Positions 33,960 to 36,469 of a DNA stretch of 36,469 nucleotides are shown here, piece by piece. A program made the position numbers and the translations under genes. Each line of letters starts with the position of its first letter. Positions within the stretch are counted from its first letter, which is position 1. Below the pieces are notes generated by a model that made no database searches, was not told the DNA's origin, and was given only the letters and a program-made list of their open reading frames with translations. Origin of the DNA: a virus (taxonomy: Duplodnaviria; Caudoviricetes); IMG/VR virus record IMGVR_UViG_3300025139_000037, positions 1 to 36,469 of that record; one strand, given 5' to 3'.

Positions 33960-34370
33960 ATGGCATTCAAACTTACCCGTTCCGAACAAAACCGCCGGGA
34001 CTATCTTCGCGATCAGCTTATCGAGGCCAAGAACCATCTCGAAGAAGAGGTGGATGCTGAGTGCCGGGCTATCGAAAATGCGGTCGAGGCGATCAACGCA
34101 GCACATACTCGCTACAACGAGTTGGTGCAGGAAGCCTATGGATTCGTCGAAGACATCATCTCGGAGCGTGAAGGTGAGTTCGATTACAAGTCGGAGCGCT
34201 GGCAGGAAGGTGACCGAGGCGAAGCAGCACGGGCATGGATCGACAGCTTGCAGGAAAGTCTCGATGAACTTACCGACCTCGAACCGGTGGTTATCGAACT
34301 TCCGGATGGTGCTGATTATCCTGACCATGCTGCGGTGATGGATGATCTCCCGGAAGAAATGGAGTCCTGA
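33960..34370 (+). CDS. Very acidic helical hypothetical protein
   Basis: First gene after copy 9; KSERWQEGDRG motif. Confidence 0.85.
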   Translation: MAFKLTRSEQNRRDYLRDQLIEAKNHLEEEVDAECRAIENAVEAINAAHTRYNELVQEAYGFVEDIISEREGEFDYKSERWQEGDRGEAARAWIDSLQESLDELTDLEPVVIELPDGADYPDHAAVMDDLPEEMES

Positions 34371-34371
34371 T

Positions 34372-34680
34372 ATGAAGCCTATCCCGCGCCCGGCGCATCT
34401 CGACATCGCTTCGCCCAAGTCGGCACTGCTCAGCTACCATAGTGAGCGGGCCAGCAGCCTTCGGACGATCCTCACAGAGTTCATGATGACGGCTCTTAAC
34501 GAACCGCATCGGATGGGCTTCGAGTCGGCCGAAGAAGCCCGCGCCGCCGGTTTCGTGACCACACCTGAGGAGTGGTGGGCACGGACCGAAACGCTCAAGT
34601 GGGACGAGACACCCACGGCTGTGATCCGCGACGAAATGCGGTTCCACGAACGCTGCATGGAGTATCTGGTCAATGGCTAA
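34372..34680 (+). CDS. Hypothetical protein
   Basis: GGAG SD (MKPIPRP...). Confidence 0.7.
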   Translation: MKPIPRPAHLDIASPKSALLSYHSERASSLRTILTEFMMTALNEPHRMGFESAEEARAAGFVTTPEEWWARTETLKWDETPTAVIRDEMRFHERCMEYLVNG

Positions 34681-35110
34681 CTGGTTCGAAAAGATGCAGG
34701 AACAAGTGAATCGTCAGAACCAAGCCGCTTTGAAGGCTGAGTTCTGGCGGCTTGTCGAAGAAGGTGTGTTCCCGGATACCCCTGAGACGCGGATGGCTTT
34801 TTCTCAAGGTTGGTTCGGGACCATCCGCTACACGAGCGACAAGCGGACCTTGAATGAAGCTGGCACCGGGTCCAGAGCCATGGCAACGATGTGCATTCTG
34901 TTCGGTGCTATCATGGTGGGACTACCTACCCTCAGCTACTTTACGTTTCCGGCCGACAAGCTTGTGGTAGAGCGTGTTGTCATGCTGATTGGATTCGGAT
35001 TCCTTGTAGCATCGCTGGGTTACCTTCTGCTCCGCAAATCGCAGAAGACCTACGGCAATGCCGTAGCAAGTCATCGTGAAAAATGGGGCGAAAAGTCTGT
35101 TGACGAGTAG
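34673..35110 (+). CDS. Membrane protein with two TM segments
   Basis: Two hydrophobic segments; the stop codon lies inside copy 10. Confidence 0.75.
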   Translation: MANWFEKMQEQVNRQNQAALKAEFWRLVEEGVFPDTPETRMAFSQGWFGTIRYTSDKRTLNEAGTGSRAMATMCILFGAIMVGLPTLSYFTFPADKLVVERVVMLIGFGFLVASLGYLLLRKSQKTYGNAVASHREKWGEKSVDE

Positions 35111-35160
35111 GAAGAATTATCCTATCTGATTCGCACAGCAACAACACAGGAGACAAAAAC
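35100..35160 (+). promoter_or_regulatory. Repeated promoter/leader/RBS element, copy 10
   Basis: TTGACG AGTAGGAAGAATTATCC TATCTGATTC GCACAGCAACAACACAGGAGAC, then ATG 35161. Confidence 0.85.
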
Positions 35161-35361
35161 ATGCCACGCAACGTCGAAGCTATCCGTAAATGGGTGCGTC
35201 TAAATCGCCCTGATATGGTCGAACCCATTGACGGAATACTCGGTCAGGCCAGTGACTCCCTGATACTCCTCATGACCTCCGCTTTCGAAGCTGGTCGTAT
35301 GTTTCAGGCTGATGAGACTGCCAATCCGGCAATCTACATCCCGATGGAGGAAGTATACTGA
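35161..35361 (+). CDS. Hypothetical protein
   Basis: First gene after copy 10. Confidence 0.75.
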   Translation: MPRNVEAIRKWVRLNRPDMVEPIDGILGQASDSLILLMTSAFEAGRMFQADETANPAIYIPMEEVY

Positions 35362-35711
35362 TGGCCCAGAAACTCATCCTCGCCAACCAGATGACCAAGC
35401 TCAAGAGCAACGGCGCGAAAGCGGCTCAGACCGGCGACGGCTCCAGCTTCGAGCCGGTGGTGAAGTTCTTCATGCCCGGCGGCGGCGCGACGTGGCTCAT
35501 CACTGAGATTGCGGACGACGGCGACACGCTGTTCGGCCTGTGTGATCTCGGCCATGGCACCCCGGAACTCGGCTACGTCAGCCTCGACGAACTGCGGACC
35601 GTGCGTGGTCGTTTCGGCCTCAAGGTGGAGCGCGACGCCCACTTCAAGGCCAAGAAGACGATCGCTGAATACGCCGATGAGGCGCGATCGTTTGGGATCA
35701 TTCGAGCATGA
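35361..35711 (+). CDS. DUF2958-like protein
   Basis: PVVKFF.P...ATWL.TE...DGDTLFGLCDLG.G.PELGYVSL.EL..VRG..GL.VERD.HF. Confidence 0.85.
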   Translation: MAQKLILANQMTKLKSNGAKAAQTGDGSSFEPVVKFFMPGGGATWLITEIADDGDTLFGLCDLGHGTPELGYVSLDELRTVRGRFGLKVERDAHFKAKKTIAEYADEARSFGIIRA

Positions 35712-36034
35712 CCGGCAAGATCATCGACATATGGGCTGCTTTCAAATGCGATGATGATCGCGGCCTCAACGGAGCCTTCATAGGCGTCTTCCGGACCGAA
35801 CAAGCAGCACGCACAGCAGCAACAGGCCGGGGCTTCTACGGTGGCCCCGGTAATGTCGAGCAGCGTAAAGCTGTTTGGTTTGCGGACGATGAAGTCTATC
35901 TGCTCGAACGGGTAGCGCCGATGGCTCTGGCGATCGGACTTGATCTCATCAAGACGAAGCAGATGCGTCGTGAACAAGCACTCGCCAAACTCACCGACGA
36001 GGAAGTTGAACTCCTCGGACTCAATAGGAAGTAA
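35708..36034 (+). CDS. Hypothetical protein
   Basis: ATGA overlap; C-terminal ALAKLT.EE.ELLGL motif common in phages. Confidence 0.8.
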   Translation: MTGKIIDIWAAFKCDDDRGLNGAFIGVFRTEQAARTAATGRGFYGGPGNVEQRKAVWFADDEVYLLERVAPMALAIGLDLIKTKQMRREQALAKLTDEEVELLGLNRK

Positions 36035-36035
36035 C

Positions 36036-36239
36036 ATGGGCCCGTTCCAAGTCACAGACGTTACGATACATGGCGCAACCACGGTCACATACAACGACCG
36101 GACTCGTGCCTTATCTGCCTACGCGATGAACCGGGCCGCGCCCGGCGTCCTCTACGGTCAGTTCGTGGAAGACGGCCAGATCACGCGCCAATTCGCCCGG
36201 CCGGCGGACTCACCGCGAACGATGGACCTTCTCCCATGA
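36036..36239 (+). CDS. Hypothetical protein
   Basis: AGGA SD (MGPFQVT...). Confidence 0.65.
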   Translation: MGPFQVTDVTIHGATTVTYNDRTRALSAYAMNRAAPGVLYGQFVEDGQITRQFARPADSPRTMDLLP

Positions 36240-36469
36240 AGCTGCACCACACCACACCCTGCAATGAATGTCCGTGGCGCAAGGAAGCACCGGCCGGTTG
36301 GCTCGGAGGATTCACGGCGGAGTTCTACACCGATGCGGTGATGAACAACGAAGTCCCCGCCTGTCACTGCCGGGACCATGGACCTGAGGACGACAATACC
36401 GCTTTCTGTGCAGGGGCGCTGTCGGTCATGGCAAACGGCTGTGTCTCGGCGTGGAATGCCCTTGGCGAG
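36236..36469 (+). CDS. Cys-rich (DUF6283-like) protein, 3' truncated
   Basis: ATGA overlap; hand translation MKLHHTTPCNECPWRKEAPAGWLGG...ACH...FCAGAL. Confidence 0.7.
   Translation, partial: MKLHHTTPCNECPWRKEAPAGWLGGFTAEFYTDAVMNNEVPACHCRDHGPEDDNTAFCAGALSVMANGCVSAWNALGE

Larger units (their letters stand above)
1..36469 (+). mobile_element. Bacteriophage genome segment (early/accessory region of a large phage, probably with an alphaproteobacterial host)
   Basis: About 100 short co-oriented ORFs with overlapping stop/start codons, mostly hypothetical; phage-typical families (gp17-like, PNK, RlaP, BCS1-like AAA); repeated sigma70-like promoters; no housekeeping operons. Confidence 0.93.

Noticed and set aside
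4421-35160. Repeated element as a CRISPR array or integron attC sites
   Set aside because: Copies are 1-7.5 kb apart with several genes between them, lack RYYYAAC/GTTRRRY ends and long palindromes, and have clear -35/-10/SD architecture; no cas or integrase gene is present in the window
1-36469. tRNA genes or stop-codon reassignment accompanying the phage SerRS
   Set aside because: No cloverleaf or T-loop signature was seen in the few intergenic gaps; TAA, TAG and TGA all end genes at coupled junctions, and recognisable proteins are full length under the standard code

Overview
This window is a 36.5 kb segment of a large double-stranded DNA phage genome, apparently an early/accessory region. 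About 100 mostly short genes are packed head-to-tail on the + strand with ATGA/TGATG-type overlaps, and I see no structural, replication or tRNA genes. The host is probably an alphaproteobacterium, inferred from the SerRS N-terminus MHDIRMIR..FD....RRG, the DUF2958-like gene and the promoter style. Recognisable products are a seryl-tRNA synthetase, a Pth2-like peptidyl-tRNA hydrolase, a PNK-like P-loop kinase, an RlaP/Pol-beta nucleotidyltransferase, a NADAR-like protein, a CxxS thioredoxin, a SLOG (DUF2493-like) protein, a BCS1-like AAA ATPase, a P22 gp17-like protein and a lipoprotein. The most striking non-coding signal is a ~60 bp promoter-leader-RBS element present in 10 copies (TTGACG-17 nt-TANNNG ... 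CAACA ... GGAG) that divides the region into gene cassettes. Every copy carries at least one GANTC (CcrM-type methylation site) at one of three fixed offsets, mostly in a GcrA-type YGAKTCK context, plus a GGA-N7-TCC dyad in the spacer. This suggests a methylation- or cell-cycle-coupled phage regulon. I also found a stand-alone gene converging on an unannotated 21-aa hydrophobic minus-strand ORF, a gene split by a G6 frameshift, and two local paralog expansions. Family assignments come from motif recognition by eye, not from database searches.
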